Positions 46,043-56,213 of a stretch of DNA of 64,000 nucleotides are shown here, piece by piece. Under the pieces are notes generated by a model, which searched no databases, was not told where the DNA came from, and saw only the letters and a program-made list of their open reading frames with translations. The translations under genes were made by a program, and so were the position numbers. The first letter of the stretch is position 1, and each line of letters starts with the position of its first letter. Origin of the DNA: a virus (taxonomy: Duplodnaviria > Heunggongvirae > Uroviricota > Caudoviricetes); IMG/VR virus record IMGVR_UViG_3300045988_154997, positions 32,001 through 96,000 of that record, one strand, 5' to 3'.

Positions 46043-46789
46043 TTAATCTGCGGGGTTAATCGTTACTGACTTAGTTGCCTTCTTACCACCGCTATTGCTG
46101 GTGAAGGAGATATTTGTAGAACCCTGCGCCACACCACGTACCAGACCCGTTTGATCTACCGTGGCCTTTTTCTGGTCTTCGGATTCCCAAACACCGGTTT
46201 TGTCTGCGGCATCAGCTGGAGTGATTTCGGCTGTCAGTTGCACAGTCTCCCCTGCTTTTACAGTTGGAGATTCCGGTTTGATCGACACGGTTTTTACCGG
46301 TTTAGGGCCGCTCATTCTTCCCAGAACGCCTTCGTCATCAGGGTATGCGCTGAACTGAACAGAGAACACACGAACATCATCAGACTGGTAAGTCATGGTG
46401 AAGTTACCTGCGGTCGCAGCTTTCGGGATGGTCAGAACGTAGTCGGTAGTGTCCTGCGGAGTCAGAACCAGCTCTTTGGCTACGTCGATCAGGTTGACAC
46501 CCTGTGCGGAAGTGATGGTCACAGCGTTGTCGTCTTCGTTCAGAGTAGACCCCGGCATCAGATCGACCATATTTTTCAACACAGACTCGGCCAGCGGCGC
46601 AGTAATGGTAATGTTACGACCCTGCACCAGCTCTGACATAATTGTCTGGCCGTGCTGGTCGACAGTGACTTTCAGCGTTTCAGTGGCTACTTCAACCTGA
46701 ACACCACCTTTGGTGTAACCCAAATCCACACCACCAAACGACACCTTACAGGCACCAAGTTTGATGTTTTTTACATGGGTATTAGACAT
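46043..46789 (-). CDS. major tail protein with C-terminal Ig-like (Big_2-type) domain
   Basis: ATG at 46789 preceded by AAAAGGAG RBS; C-terminal PKPVKTVSIKPESPTVKAGETVQLTAEITPADAADKTGVWESED is Big_2-like. Confidence 0.7.
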   Translation of the reverse strand: MSNTHVKNIKLGACKVSFGGVDLGYTKGGVQVEVATETLKVTVDQHGQTIMSELVQGRNITITAPLAESVLKNMVDLMPGSTLNEDDNAVTITSAQGVNLIDVAKELVLTPQDTTDYVLTIPKAATAGNFTMTYQSDDVRVFSVQFSAYPDDEGVLGRMSGPKPVKTVSIKPESPTVKAGETVQLTAEITPADAADKTGVWESEDQKKATVDQTGLVRGVAQGSTNISFTSNSGGKKATKSVTINPAD

Positions 46790-46838
46790 TGATGGAAAAC
46801 TCCTTTTTCCGTTAATTCTACGCATTCATTGCGCTAAC

Positions 46839-46856
46839 AGTAAGTATATACTTACC
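46839..46856. promoter_or_regulatory. recurrent palindromic motif AGTAAGTATATACTTACC in the leader of the major tail gene
   Basis: Palindrome GTAAGT-ATAT-ACTTAC about 50 nt upstream of the 46789 start. Confidence 0.5.
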
Positions 46857-46863
46857 GATTAAC

Positions 46864-47220
46864 TTAATTCAATAAATAGCCAGCAAATTCAACAGGAATG
46901 CCTGCTTCTATTAATGCTCCATCATTTTTGGGATAAATGATTGGCATCGCCATCGGTCGTACCAGTCGAAAATAAACACCACCAGATTCCGTTTCCTCTA
47001 CTGGAAACATCTCAATGATTTTATTGGCTTTCTCAACCGTCGTAGTAATTGACGAACCACGCACAATTATTGTGAATGATTCGTGGTAAAAGCCCTGTAG
47101 CTCATGATCGATGCTGATACCGGTATTTGGGTTAATAAGCAGGACGCCAGATTTCACATTGGCAGGCAAGTAGTGACAGAAAATGTCAGTCCCGACCGTG
47201 CCAATCTTTGCCTTCTGCAT
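46864..47220 (-). CDS. tail terminator or tail completion protein (by position); start uncertain
   Basis: Track ORF begins at 47370, overlapping the upstream gene by 120 nt; the internal ATG at 47220 (MQKAKIG...) avoids the overlap. Confidence 0.4.
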   Translation of the reverse strand: MQKAKIGTVGTDIFCHYLPANVKSGVLLINPNTGISIDHELQGFYHESFTIIVRGSSITTTVEKANKIIEMFPVEETESGGVYFRLVRPMAMPIIYPKNDGALIEAGIPVEFAGYLLN

Positions 47221-47248
47221 CAAACTTGCAAACGCTTCAATAAACACA

Positions 47249-47722
47249 TTAACCTCTCGTAAAACCGGCTTTTCTGGCAGCCTCAAGAATCGCTTCTGAG
47301 AACTGCTTCTCGCTAATTTCCACCGTTCTTTCCAGAAAGTGTGGCCCAACACGAGGTTTAACACCGGCAATTGGTGGGTTTGTCACGTTCTTCATTCGAG
47401 AAAGATAACCGAGTCGGTATTTACCCAGCTCCATGTACTTAGCATAGTCACCGACTTCTACGCCCGGATGCCCCTGACGTGGTTTTGCTCCAGACACAGA
47501 AAGCTCAATGCGCAGCCCTGAATAACCTTCTTTAATCACCCTGGCAAAGATGGCTGTCTCCAGAGATCCGGTTTCCAGCGGGGCCATTGCACGGCTGAGA
47601 CGCTCAACCAAACGCGCCAGCTTTTCCATGTCCCGAATAAGATATCGCTTAAATGCTTTCTGGCTGTTATTGAGTCTATTCCCCGCACGTTTGAACTGAT
47701 GCGCATCGTATTTCAGACCCAT
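47249..47722 (-). CDS. head-tail joining / tail completion protein (by position)
   Basis: 157 aa; synteny only. Confidence 0.4.
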   Translation of the reverse strand: MGLKYDAHQFKRAGNRLNNSQKAFKRYLIRDMEKLARLVERLSRAMAPLETGSLETAIFARVIKEGYSGLRIELSVSGAKPRQGHPGVEVGDYAKYMELGKYRLGYLSRMKNVTNPPIAGVKPRVGPHFLERTVEISEKQFSEAILEAARKAGFTRG

Positions 47723-48153
47723 ATATTCGCCCCCACTTCAAGATGCCCAGGTCTTCCTCGTAGCCCCCAGCGGCGATGAACACTGGACACCTTTAATTTT
47801 TGACCTTCAAGGATCAGCACATCATCAAGTTGTACAGCCGCTTCTAAAGGGACAACTAACACAGCATCAAACAGCTCCAGACTCGCCTTACCACGACTAC
47901 CAGAGCTATCAGCACGAACTGACGATTTCTCATTACTCTGTTCGAACTTAACCACGCCGACATTCGTCTTCCTGACGAATTGTAATTGCGCCTCGCCGTA
48001 AACGTTCTTTGCGCCAAAGCGGTAGATCGCAATTTCTGTTTGCCACGAAATATTCATGCTCTCTCTCTGTTGTTGTCGGTCGCTCTCATTACTGGCCAAA
48101 AACCCTTTCGACCAAAAGTAAATAATGCGACTGGCGTTACGCACGGCGAACAA
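47713..48153 (-). CDS. head-tail adaptor protein (by position)
   Basis: 146 aa; synteny only. Confidence 0.4.
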   Translation of the reverse strand: MFAVRNASRIIYFWSKGFLASNESDRQQQRESMNISWQTEIAIYRFGAKNVYGEAQLQFVRKTNVGVVKFEQSNEKSSVRADSSGSRGKASLELFDAVLVVPLEAAVQLDDVLILEGQKLKVSSVHRRWGLRGRPGHLEVGANIWV

Positions 48154-48970
48154 TCATACGGTTGTTGATGTAACTGACCAGCAAGCGCCAGGTACTGCGA
48201 GCCACATGCACGTTTGCAGCTTTACCGGTACGGTACATGTTGGTTGTTTCACCGATTGACTCTGATAAAATGCCATCCTCTCGTGCTGCGGCAACATCAT
48301 TGCCATTTGCGATCTCACACGCTTCGTTGACAACGGCAAGCATCAACGCTTCTTTGAAGTAGTCAGGGAACTCTTCAAACTTCTCCTGCGTCATCTTTTC
48401 CCAATCGACTAAATCATGCCGGTACGCTCCATCTGCTCCCCACGGAATGTCATACACATTCAGCATATTTTGAGGGCGATCGTATCGGTCAAAGTCGATA
48501 CGTAGAATTTTGCAGATTGAGAACGGTAAAGTTTTAATTCGTCTGGTAGCCTCAATGAGACGCTTGCGCATTAAGCCTTCACCATCCGACAGCAAAGTGT
48601 CCCCATTCAGCATATCGATCGCCTGCATTTGAGCATCAGCGACAGTTGCAAACGACTGTTCTGGTATCGACAGTTCAAAACTATTCAGCAGAACATACAT
48701 TTGCCGCTCTTCATGCGTCAGACCCGATGCAACAGCCTTCACAATGATGTACCGCAGATCGCGTTCTTTCTCAGAGAGCTGGTTATATTCAGCCGACACG
48801 ACAACCGGAATCGACATTTGACCGCTGGTAATTTCTAGCGGCTCGCCATCAACGAGAATAGCCCCGGTGCTGTCCTTTACTGTGTAGGTAGCAGATTCGA
48901 TATCCAGCACGTTGAAGGCAAATGAAAGGGAAACAGCTTCACCGCTACGATACGAGTCGATCTGCGCCAT
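48137..48970 (-). CDS. head morphogenesis / connector-associated protein (by position)
   Basis: 277 aa; synteny only. Confidence 0.4.
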   Translation of the reverse strand: MAQIDSYRSGEAVSLSFAFNVLDIESATYTVKDSTGAILVDGEPLEITSGQMSIPVVVSAEYNQLSEKERDLRYIIVKAVASGLTHEERQMYVLLNSFELSIPEQSFATVADAQMQAIDMLNGDTLLSDGEGLMRKRLIEATRRIKTLPFSICKILRIDFDRYDRPQNMLNVYDIPWGADGAYRHDLVDWEKMTQEKFEEFPDYFKEALMLAVVNEACEIANGNDVAAAREDGILSESIGETTNMYRTGKAANVHVARSTWRLLVSYINNRMIVRRA

Positions 48971-49404
48971 TACTCACCGCCTTGTGCTTTCAGGATGCCT
49001 TCAATCATCTCGACAATTCCTTTCGCTTTGACACCAACCTGATTACCAATCACACGTAGACCGGCAATGCCTTCATTGTCTGCAATTGACTCCAACTCTT
49101 CTCGTGTGAAAGTCTGGATCTGTTTGGCCGGTTCATCTGGTGTCCCACGTTTCATTGGCACAATGTCAGGTGCTGCTGGCTCGGTAATCAGGTCTGCGGT
49201 CAACTCGCCACGATCACTGTATGCGGCAGACGGAGAAACATTTTTGCCCTCGACTGTTGATGCTCGCATTGAGGCACAAATCCTTTGCTGATCGATAAAA
49301 GGCAACTCCGCTACGGACACCCCGTTCTCGAACTGAACGCCGCACAACATTCCCGAATAACCGGAAAATTGCGGTTCTAATAAAACAATTTTTGCTGGTT
49401 TCAT
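48970..49404 (-). CDS. hypothetical head protein (144 aa)
   Basis: ATGA-coupled to the downstream gene. Confidence 0.4.
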   Translation of the reverse strand: MKPAKIVLLEPQFSGYSGMLCGVQFENGVSVAELPFIDQQRICASMRASTVEGKNVSPSAAYSDRGELTADLITEPAAPDIVPMKRGTPDEPAKQIQTFTREELESIADNEGIAGLRVIGNQVGVKAKGIVEMIEGILKAQGGE

Positions 49405-49448
49405 AACGCATTCTCTCTACATGGGCGGCTTTCGCCGCCCAATATTGA

Positions 49449-50369
49449 TTATTCCTGTGCAGCAGTGACTTCTACGGTCGCTGTCGCTTTGTGGCTACCA
49501 TCTTGGGTAGTAACCTCGATTGTGGCAGTACCAGCCGCAACGCCAGTTACAACACCGGTTTCGCTATCCACCGTTGCAAACTCGGTATTTTTGGATTCCC
49601 AAGTAACGGTTTTATTTGTTGCTCCTGCCGGCTCGACATTTGCGGTCAGCTGAACAGTTTTGTTTGCCTCAACGGTTGTGCTATTTGGGTCGATTTCGAC
49701 GCCGGTAACAGCCACAACAGGCGCAGTTACTTCCACCGTTGCAGTTGCCTTTTTGCTGCCATCTTGGGAAACGATCTCAATCGTCGCAGTGCCAACTTCT
49801 ACACCAGTAACGTTCCCGCTCTGGTCTACCGTTGCCTTATCTTCATTTTTGGAAGACCAGGTAACAGCCTTATTCGTCGCATTTGACGGCTGAACATTCG
49901 CTTTCAGACTGACTGATTTCCCTTTCTCAACAGACGTTGATTCTGGCGTTACCGTTACGGATTGAACGGCTACCGGATTTACGGTGACTTCCACTGAAGC
50001 GGAAAGCTGGGTTTCCTGATCAGTTGCAGTAATTTTTACTTTGCCTGGTGCTGCGCCAGTTACTAATCCAGTGCCGTTAACGGTTGCAATTTGGTCATTG
50101 GCTGACTTCCAGGTGAATGAACTGGCACTCTTACCCATACTAATACCTGCACTAAGTTGAACAGTTTTCCCAACCAAAACTGACGGTGAAGCCGGGGTTA
50201 TGTTTACGGATTGGGAGAGGGGAACCGCCTGCAAACAAGCAGATAGCTGACTTTGTTGCCGCTCGGTTAAAGGTTCATCGGAGATAGAATTGGTAAATCC
50301 GGCACGGCACATATGCCCCGTAAAATCCGAAAATGCCTCTTCCGTAATCTTCATCTTTTGTTCTGGCAT
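49449..50369 (-). CDS. Ig-like (Big_2) domain protein, probable capsid decoration protein
   Basis: Three tandem Big_2-like repeats (VTV.P.S..V..GK.V.L.A.V.P..ATNK.VTW.S.N...ATVD..G.VTGV..GTATI). Confidence 0.7.
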   Translation of the reverse strand: MPEQKMKITEEAFSDFTGHMCRAGFTNSISDEPLTERQQSQLSACLQAVPLSQSVNITPASPSVLVGKTVQLSAGISMGKSASSFTWKSANDQIATVNGTGLVTGAAPGKVKITATDQETQLSASVEVTVNPVAVQSVTVTPESTSVEKGKSVSLKANVQPSNATNKAVTWSSKNEDKATVDQSGNVTGVEVGTATIEIVSQDGSKKATATVEVTAPVVAVTGVEIDPNSTTVEANKTVQLTANVEPAGATNKTVTWESKNTEFATVDSETGVVTGVAAGTATIEVTTQDGSHKATATVEVTAAQE

Positions 50370-50442
50370 TTCTCGCTCCTACAAAAAGGGTGGGCGTATA
50401 GCCCACCCTTTAACATAGATAACTACCTATCTACCACACTGA

Positions 50443-51318
50443 TTAAATTTTTACATTGGTCAGTGCAGCGATAGCCTTATCGTGCTTATTCGCCAGAGAG
50501 CAGTACCACTTCACACGGGTACGTACTGCGTCTTTGTTCTGTACAGTACCAATGTTTTCAACAACGATACCTGCGTTGTCGCCGCCATACAGACCAGTAA
50601 CGCCGTTCTCTTCTGACAGATGCAGGCAGTAGATGCTTGCTTTGCCAGCATCGGTCGGGATGAAGTCGTTGATGATGAACGGAACGCCGTTATGACACAG
50701 CATCGGACGACCGAAGTTCTCCATCATGATTTCAGACGGACCTACGTTTACTGTACGCAGCAGCGCACGGTAAGCACGCAGGTGCTCTGAACGCATCATG
50801 ATGCAGTCAGCACCAAGATCTTTCACCGCATCGACCAGTTCGTCGAACATAGAGAAAGTCATAGATGCACCGGCGATATCGATCTTCTGATCTGCGTGCA
50901 TCAGGCGTGGAATGCCGTCAAACGCCTTGTTGTTGGAGCTGGAGTCACCCAAAATCAGGTTGCGACGGAACGCACGAGCCAGACCTTTAACTTTCTGACG
51001 AACCTGAATAGCCAACTGGTTGTTGGTGTCGGCCATAGTGGTCGCCAGGAATTTATCAACGTCTACGTCACCAGCCAGAATACGCAGTTTCGCAACGCAT
51101 TCTTCGAAGGTTGCTGCACCTTCAGGGATGGTGTCGTTAACGTCGATGAAGGTAGCTTCACTCAGCGTTTTTTCACGGTTGTACAGATATGCCTTTGAAT
51201 TAATTTTCATAAAAGGCAGGATGGCAAACAGGTCATCGCGATCGATGATAGTTTCGATCACACCCTGTTCAAGTTCGTTGTTAGACAGCTTTTCAGCTTC
51301 TTCACGCAGTAGTGGCAT
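50443..51318 (-). CDS. major capsid protein
   Basis: 291 aa directly downstream of the scaffold gene; assignment by synteny and size. Confidence 0.65.
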   Translation of the reverse strand: MPLLREEAEKLSNNELEQGVIETIIDRDDLFAILPFMKINSKAYLYNREKTLSEATFIDVNDTIPEGAATFEECVAKLRILAGDVDVDKFLATTMADTNNQLAIQVRQKVKGLARAFRRNLILGDSSSNNKAFDGIPRLMHADQKIDIAGASMTFSMFDELVDAVKDLGADCIMMRSEHLRAYRALLRTVNVGPSEIMMENFGRPMLCHNGVPFIINDFIPTDAGKASIYCLHLSEENGVTGLYGGDNAGIVVENIGTVQNKDAVRTRVKWYCSLANKHDKAIAALTNVKI

Positions 51319-51343
51319 CTATCAATTCCCTTTGATTTAGATG

Positions 51344-52231
51344 TTACTTAAGTCCAATTTTCCCCAGACCGGAGGCCAACTTATCCATAGTCGACTTGTT
51401 CTTCGGTTGGGATATTGTGTAGGTCGATTTGGAATGTGAGCCTACACCCTGCTTGGCTTCGCTACGCATCAATGCGTCAGCTTCCGGATCTGCCCGCACA
51501 ATGCGTTCAATCGCGGATTCAAACGGCAACGGCTTACCTTCACCGTCAACCAGAACAGCTCGTTCTTTGTGACCTGCCGGTTTGTCATAACCCACTACGC
51601 TACCGTCTTCACCCACTTCAAAATGAGAACCGTAGATCACGCGGGCTTTTGCCGGGGTCATCAGAACTTTGTCACGTAGGAAGAGAGAGTTACTGAAGGA
51701 AGCGCCCACGGTCATCTCGACTAATTGAGATTTCAGTGATGCGTTTTCACTTTCCAGTGCTGCATAACGTTCGTCACGCTGTGCCAGCTCTGCCTGGTGT
51801 GCTTCGATCATCTGTTTTTTAACAGCATCGAACTCACCACGACGCTCCAGTTCAGCTTGCTCCGCCTCACGACGTGCGTTTTCTGCGGCCTGTTCAGCTT
51901 CTAAAAGCTGGCGAGCACGAGCCGGATCGATATCACCGTACTGAGCAAGCTGATCGGCCAATGTGCGCTCTTTCTCTTTGCGCTTCATGTTCTCCTTCAG
52001 CAGTTCAGCACCAGCTTTCTTGGTTTTACGAAGTTCGGCCAGTAACTCTTCCTGAGTCATGCCAGCGTATTCGTCATCGCCCTTCGGCTGCTCTTTTTGT
52101 TCCCCCTGTTTGTCAGGATCTTGTGTACTCTGCTCATTATCAGCAGCTACACCGCCAGCGCCTCCACGCTCATGCGCTTCAGCGACATCCATCAGACCAC
52201 GACGGGCCAAAAGCATTTGCCACAGATTCAT
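51344..52231 (-). CDS. scaffolding protein
   Basis: Charged coiled-coil-like protein (EAEQAAENARREAEQAELERR) between portal and capsid genes. Confidence 0.55.
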   Translation of the reverse strand: MNLWQMLLARRGLMDVAEAHERGGAGGVAADNEQSTQDPDKQGEQKEQPKGDDEYAGMTQEELLAELRKTKKAGAELLKENMKRKEKERTLADQLAQYGDIDPARARQLLEAEQAAENARREAEQAELERRGEFDAVKKQMIEAHQAELAQRDERYAALESENASLKSQLVEMTVGASFSNSLFLRDKVLMTPAKARVIYGSHFEVGEDGSVVGYDKPAGHKERAVLVDGEGKPLPFESAIERIVRADPEADALMRSEAKQGVGSHSKSTYTISQPKNKSTMDKLASGLGKIGLK

Positions 52232-52252
52232 AAAAATTCCTTTTGTTACTTA

Positions 52253-53827
52253 TCACTCGTTCTCTTGAGTAGATGAGTCCCCATTCCCTCGGGGTTGATC
52301 TTGCCCGCTTTCTTGGGCTGCACCACGATCATAAGTAAGTACTGACTTATTTTCAAGGGTATTTAGATCATTTTTTGGAGGAAAATTCAAGAGATCTTTA
52401 TCAAATTCCTTTTTCATCGCCTCAGTAATGTTCGGGAAAATCTTCTCAATAAGCATTTCCATCTGGTGACGACGTACAGAGTCCGGTGCCTGAAGTAATG
52501 ACAGTTTCTCGGCAACAGAAAATTCATCAGTAAGGCCACGAATATCGAAACTTTCTGGATACGCAATTAAAGAGTGGTCTTCGTCCAGATCTACCCCCAT
52601 CCATTTCGCAACCAGTAGCATGATTTGGCGTTCAGCCCTTTCCAGACGCTCTGCTTTTGTGACAAGCAAGCTATTTACACGCTGGAAGTCATACATTTTT
52701 GCGGCACCAGATGAATTATCGATTCCCTGTGCGTTGTCCTGCTTCGTTCGCTCACCAGCTACACCAACTGAATGGTAGATTTCGTTAATCACCGTCTTAA
52801 TCGTAGTGATGATCATCTGAGCTTGTTTCGGGTCTGGTGACAGATAAAACGGCTGGTTTCCACCTTCAGAATCGTAGGTGAAGACTCGCTTTGTGCCCAT
52901 TTCAAGCACTTTAGTGTGGTTTTCATCACCAGGTAAAAGCGACTGTACCGGTATAGCCAACTGGCTAAATGTCTGATCCTGAATAATGGCATCAAGGTTT
53001 GACAGATAGTTTGCAACCGCACGATCAAGATAAGCGATATCATCGATCAACGATGGGCTGAAATACGGTGATTCACTTTCTCCAATACAATCAACAGGAA
53101 ACACAGGAACTACGCCGAGATTATGCTCACCGCTATCCTCTAAAATAACTTTTGCCTGACGGCGACCTGCTCCACCAGCGCCCTTCTTCACTTCCTCACG
53201 GAACAGATACCACTCGTTTTGTGTCCACAGACGATAACGTTGGTATTCCTGACCTGTAGAAGTAAAAGGATCTGCGTCATCACGAGCGACTTCCACAATT
53301 AACGCCCACAACATATTCCCGTCGTCGTCCCATGCCACATCCAGCATTTGCTGAGGTGAAATCCAGTAGGCGTAGGCGCGAGCATCTTTCTTTTTCTCGT
53401 CAGCTACTGACTCAACATCACCACTCATCGTGCTATCGACAACAACCCATATGCGACCGTAAATAGACGACTGCAAATCAATAGCGGCCATAAATGAGTC
53501 AATAGAGGCATTCTGGCGAGTCGCACGTTTCCAGAAATTGCGGATCTGCTCTGGTGCCTCTTCGATATTTCTATGAATGTCTTCTTTAAAGAGATATTTG
53601 TTGATGAGGTTTACCACCTCACGAGTGTGGTTGAAGCGATAAGCACGTTCAACTCGCTCCTTAAACTCCTGATCTCCCTCTTTAAAGTAACGAAAGATAT
53701 TGTCTGTAAACCAACCACGCCCGCCAGCGTAAGTGCTGGCGAGGAAGTCCCAATGTTCTTTTTTCTTTTCGTATTCCGGGTGGCGTCGCGCCACCAGATC
53801 CTTAATTTGTTTGTCGTTCAATTCCAT
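52253..53827 (-). CDS. portal protein
   Basis: 524 aa immediately downstream of terL; synteny and size. Confidence 0.65.
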   Translation of the reverse strand: MELNDKQIKDLVARRHPEYEKKKEHWDFLASTYAGGRGWFTDNIFRYFKEGDQEFKERVERAYRFNHTREVVNLINKYLFKEDIHRNIEEAPEQIRNFWKRATRQNASIDSFMAAIDLQSSIYGRIWVVVDSTMSGDVESVADEKKKDARAYAYWISPQQMLDVAWDDDGNMLWALIVEVARDDADPFTSTGQEYQRYRLWTQNEWYLFREEVKKGAGGAGRRQAKVILEDSGEHNLGVVPVFPVDCIGESESPYFSPSLIDDIAYLDRAVANYLSNLDAIIQDQTFSQLAIPVQSLLPGDENHTKVLEMGTKRVFTYDSEGGNQPFYLSPDPKQAQMIITTIKTVINEIYHSVGVAGERTKQDNAQGIDNSSGAAKMYDFQRVNSLLVTKAERLERAERQIMLLVAKWMGVDLDEDHSLIAYPESFDIRGLTDEFSVAEKLSLLQAPDSVRRHQMEMLIEKIFPNITEAMKKEFDKDLLNFPPKNDLNTLENKSVLTYDRGAAQESGQDQPRGNGDSSTQENE

Positions 53828-53853
53828 TTGAATAACCTTGGATAATTACTTAC

Positions 53854-55110
53854 CTATCGAGAACCACCAAGAATAACACGGTTTTTGACTGGATACCTAC
53901 GATGTACTGGATAGCCCAATGCGTCTGCACTATGCTCAATGCCACCTGTCTTATCCATATCTCGTGTTCCAGGCTTGTAGATGACTTTTTCCAGTGAATC
54001 AATCAAATGCTTGCACTTCGGATCGATATACAGCCGGATATCTCCAGATGCGGACATCAGCATTCGGTTAACAGCATTAACACGATCCGCAATTGGCGGG
54101 TGCTTTTTCGAATAATCGACACGTAAGAATCCCTTCTCTTTGAATATGTCTACGTCAGACTCCCCACGAGCATGTTGGCGATAAGCACCTGCCGGATCTG
54201 GAAATACCGTTACCTGTGATTTCCAGCGCCAGAAGCGTCTCTCAAGCTCATCACAAACTTCTGCCGTGTTAGAGGAAAAGAGCACCAATTCATCAATTGC
54301 CCATAGCTCACCATTTGGCTGAGGTTGCAAAATTACTGAAGACATCGGGTCAATGTTGAAGTCCTGCCCTACCCATATAGGCAACCGAGGGTTGAACTGA
54401 AGCGGTTTTACATGCACGTTACGATCGAACGGGTAGTAAACGCGCCCGGACATGTTCTCAAAGCTGGCCAGGTACTCCTGAGCGAACGATTTGGGGTCCA
54501 TATCGTTCTTAGCAGCTTCAATTTCCGCCGTAGGTACAAACGGAGAATCGGCAGTTACAAACTGCCAGCTCTTCCACTGTCCCTTTCTTTGCAGCTCTAC
54601 GTTCTGGCCTATAGTCCACAGTTTGTGAAATTCCGAGAAGCCTTTTGGCGTACCAATGATCAGTGCACCGCCGCGTGTCGATGAAAGAGTAGGTCGTAAC
54701 ACCTTGTACCAGGTGTCAGCCTTCATATCCTGAAATTCATCAAGCACTACAAAATGCAACGCTACGCCGCGCAGAGTGTCAGGCTTATCAGCACCTTTGA
54801 GGGCGATCTCCGAACCGTTCTTCAACACGATTGTCATCGTGGTGTCGTTCTTTTTCCTAACCCACTTACGAGGCAGAACTTCCTGTAGATCGTCCCATAA
54901 AATCTGGCGAGCCATCTGGTAAGTAGGAGCGACATACCAGACCCTTTGCTTTTTTTCCTTTGCCGCCGCACGAATAATAGTGGAGATCGACAACCGGGAT
55001 TTTCCCCAGCGTCGACCAGCACAAACAACTTTAAATCGATGCGGAGACTGGAAGACTTTCATCTGTCCAGAATGCAGTTGCACAAGACTGAGCGAGGACG
55101 GGATTGCCAT
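53854..55110 (-). CDS. terminase large subunit
   Basis: Walker A CAGRRWGKS and Walker B VVLDEF; 418 aa; ATGA overlap with the small subunit gene. Confidence 0.85.
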   Translation of the reverse strand: MAIPSSLSLVQLHSGQMKVFQSPHRFKVVCAGRRWGKSRLSISTIIRAAAKEKKQRVWYVAPTYQMARQILWDDLQEVLPRKWVRKKNDTTMTIVLKNGSEIALKGADKPDTLRGVALHFVVLDEFQDMKADTWYKVLRPTLSSTRGGALIIGTPKGFSEFHKLWTIGQNVELQRKGQWKSWQFVTADSPFVPTAEIEAAKNDMDPKSFAQEYLASFENMSGRVYYPFDRNVHVKPLQFNPRLPIWVGQDFNIDPMSSVILQPQPNGELWAIDELVLFSSNTAEVCDELERRFWRWKSQVTVFPDPAGAYRQHARGESDVDIFKEKGFLRVDYSKKHPPIADRVNAVNRMLMSASGDIRLYIDPKCKHLIDSLEKVIYKPGTRDMDKTGGIEHSADALGYPVHRRYPVKNRVILGGSR

Positions 55111-55742
55111 TATTCGTCCTCCCCTTCACTTCCATCATCTGTCGCATCAAATTCGCTTAGAGCTTCTTCTTCCAACGTCTCAAGCAATTCGTCATCGATG
55201 ATTTCAGGCTCGTCGTCTTCCTGACGTAATTTCGCCACCTGGGAAGGCGTAAGCTCACCAAATACCAGGTTCGGAATTTCTTCCTCGTCATTTTCCGCAT
55301 GATCCATGCCCAATGCTTTGGACGAAACTTCAAAGCATTTTGCAAGGGTATTACTGGCTCTCTGTAAGCTCTTGAGAGAATCCTCAATCGCCCCTAAAGG
55401 CTTACCCTCACGTTTGGCCGTAGTGACTTCGACCATCACCATCTGCCCCAACGCATACGCCCAGCCGTCATAACGTGTACGACGTTCTTCTATCTTTTCC
55501 GCACGGGCTTTAGCGCGAAGCTCTGCGTCAGATTTAAGAGACTCACGAACCATCTTCCCAACAGAGTCCGCGCCTTTCTCTAATCCTCGCTTTTTGAAAT
55601 GTCTGGAGAGTGTTTCACGACGAATGCCGTACTCTTCCTCCAGCTTTGAGAGTGTATATTCGCCTGACGTCCATTTGGCTTCAGCTTCGGCCCACTCCGC
55701 TGGTGTCAGGCGAGTTTTTACCTCGTCTTTTTCGACCGTCAT
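55110..55742 (-). CDS. terminase small subunit
   Basis: N-terminal HTH-like YTLSKLEEEYGIRRETLSRHFKKRG and acidic C-terminus; directly upstream of terL. Confidence 0.6.
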   Translation of the reverse strand: MTVEKDEVKTRLTPAEWAEAEAKWTSGEYTLSKLEEEYGIRRETLSRHFKKRGLEKGADSVGKMVRESLKSDAELRAKARAEKIEERRTRYDGWAYALGQMVMVEVTTAKREGKPLGAIEDSLKSLQRASNTLAKCFEVSSKALGMDHAENDEEEIPNLVFGELTPSQVAKLRQEDDEPEIIDDELLETLEEEALSEFDATDDGSEGEDE

Positions 55743-55858
55743 AGATCCCTCTAAAACACACAGAGCGCGTCCATGCGCTCTAAAACAACTTGTTTACTGC
55801 ATCTGCTAACCAACTTGTTTTCTGGGGTGTTTAATTAGGTCTGGCATGTCTTACGAAG

Positions 55859-55912
55859 CCTGCTTCCGTATATATTTAATAAGTTACTTATTATTTATAT
55901 ATACAGATGCAG
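55859..55912. promoter_or_regulatory. about 54-bp conserved intergenic element with terminal inverted repeats; copy 2 of 2, upstream of terS
   Basis: CCTGCTTCCGTATATATTTAATAAGTTACTTATTATTTATATATACAGATGCAGG versus the copy at 21799-21851. Confidence 0.5.
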
Positions 55913-55937
55913 GTCTTTAAATAAGCTCCCAGACCGA

Positions 55938-56204
55938 TTACATCACCAGTAACTTCGCTTTGGCTCGACCTAAAGTGGTTAACCCAAGAGTTCGGCGGTG
56001 ATAGCGATTGTCACTGCGTTGGCGCGTATGCCCTTTCTCCACCAGCCCCTTTTTTATCAGAGCGCGAATTGAGAACTGGATACTTTGCTTGGTTGTCTTG
56101 TACGGCAAAACTTCAAGCAATTCGTCCAGGTCAAGTAGATGACCTCGCTCATAACCGAGATTGAGCGTTTTGATGATGTCCTTTTGTTTATCGGTTAACG
56201 TCAT
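55938..56204 (-). CDS. small winged-helix-like DNA-binding protein (88 aa)
   Basis: Composition and size only (IQFSIRALIKKGLVEKG). Confidence 0.35.
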   Translation of the reverse strand: MTLTDKQKDIIKTLNLGYERGHLLDLDELLEVLPYKTTKQSIQFSIRALIKKGLVEKGHTRQRSDNRYHRRTLGLTTLGRAKAKLLVM

Positions 56205-56213
56205 GGCAAATCC

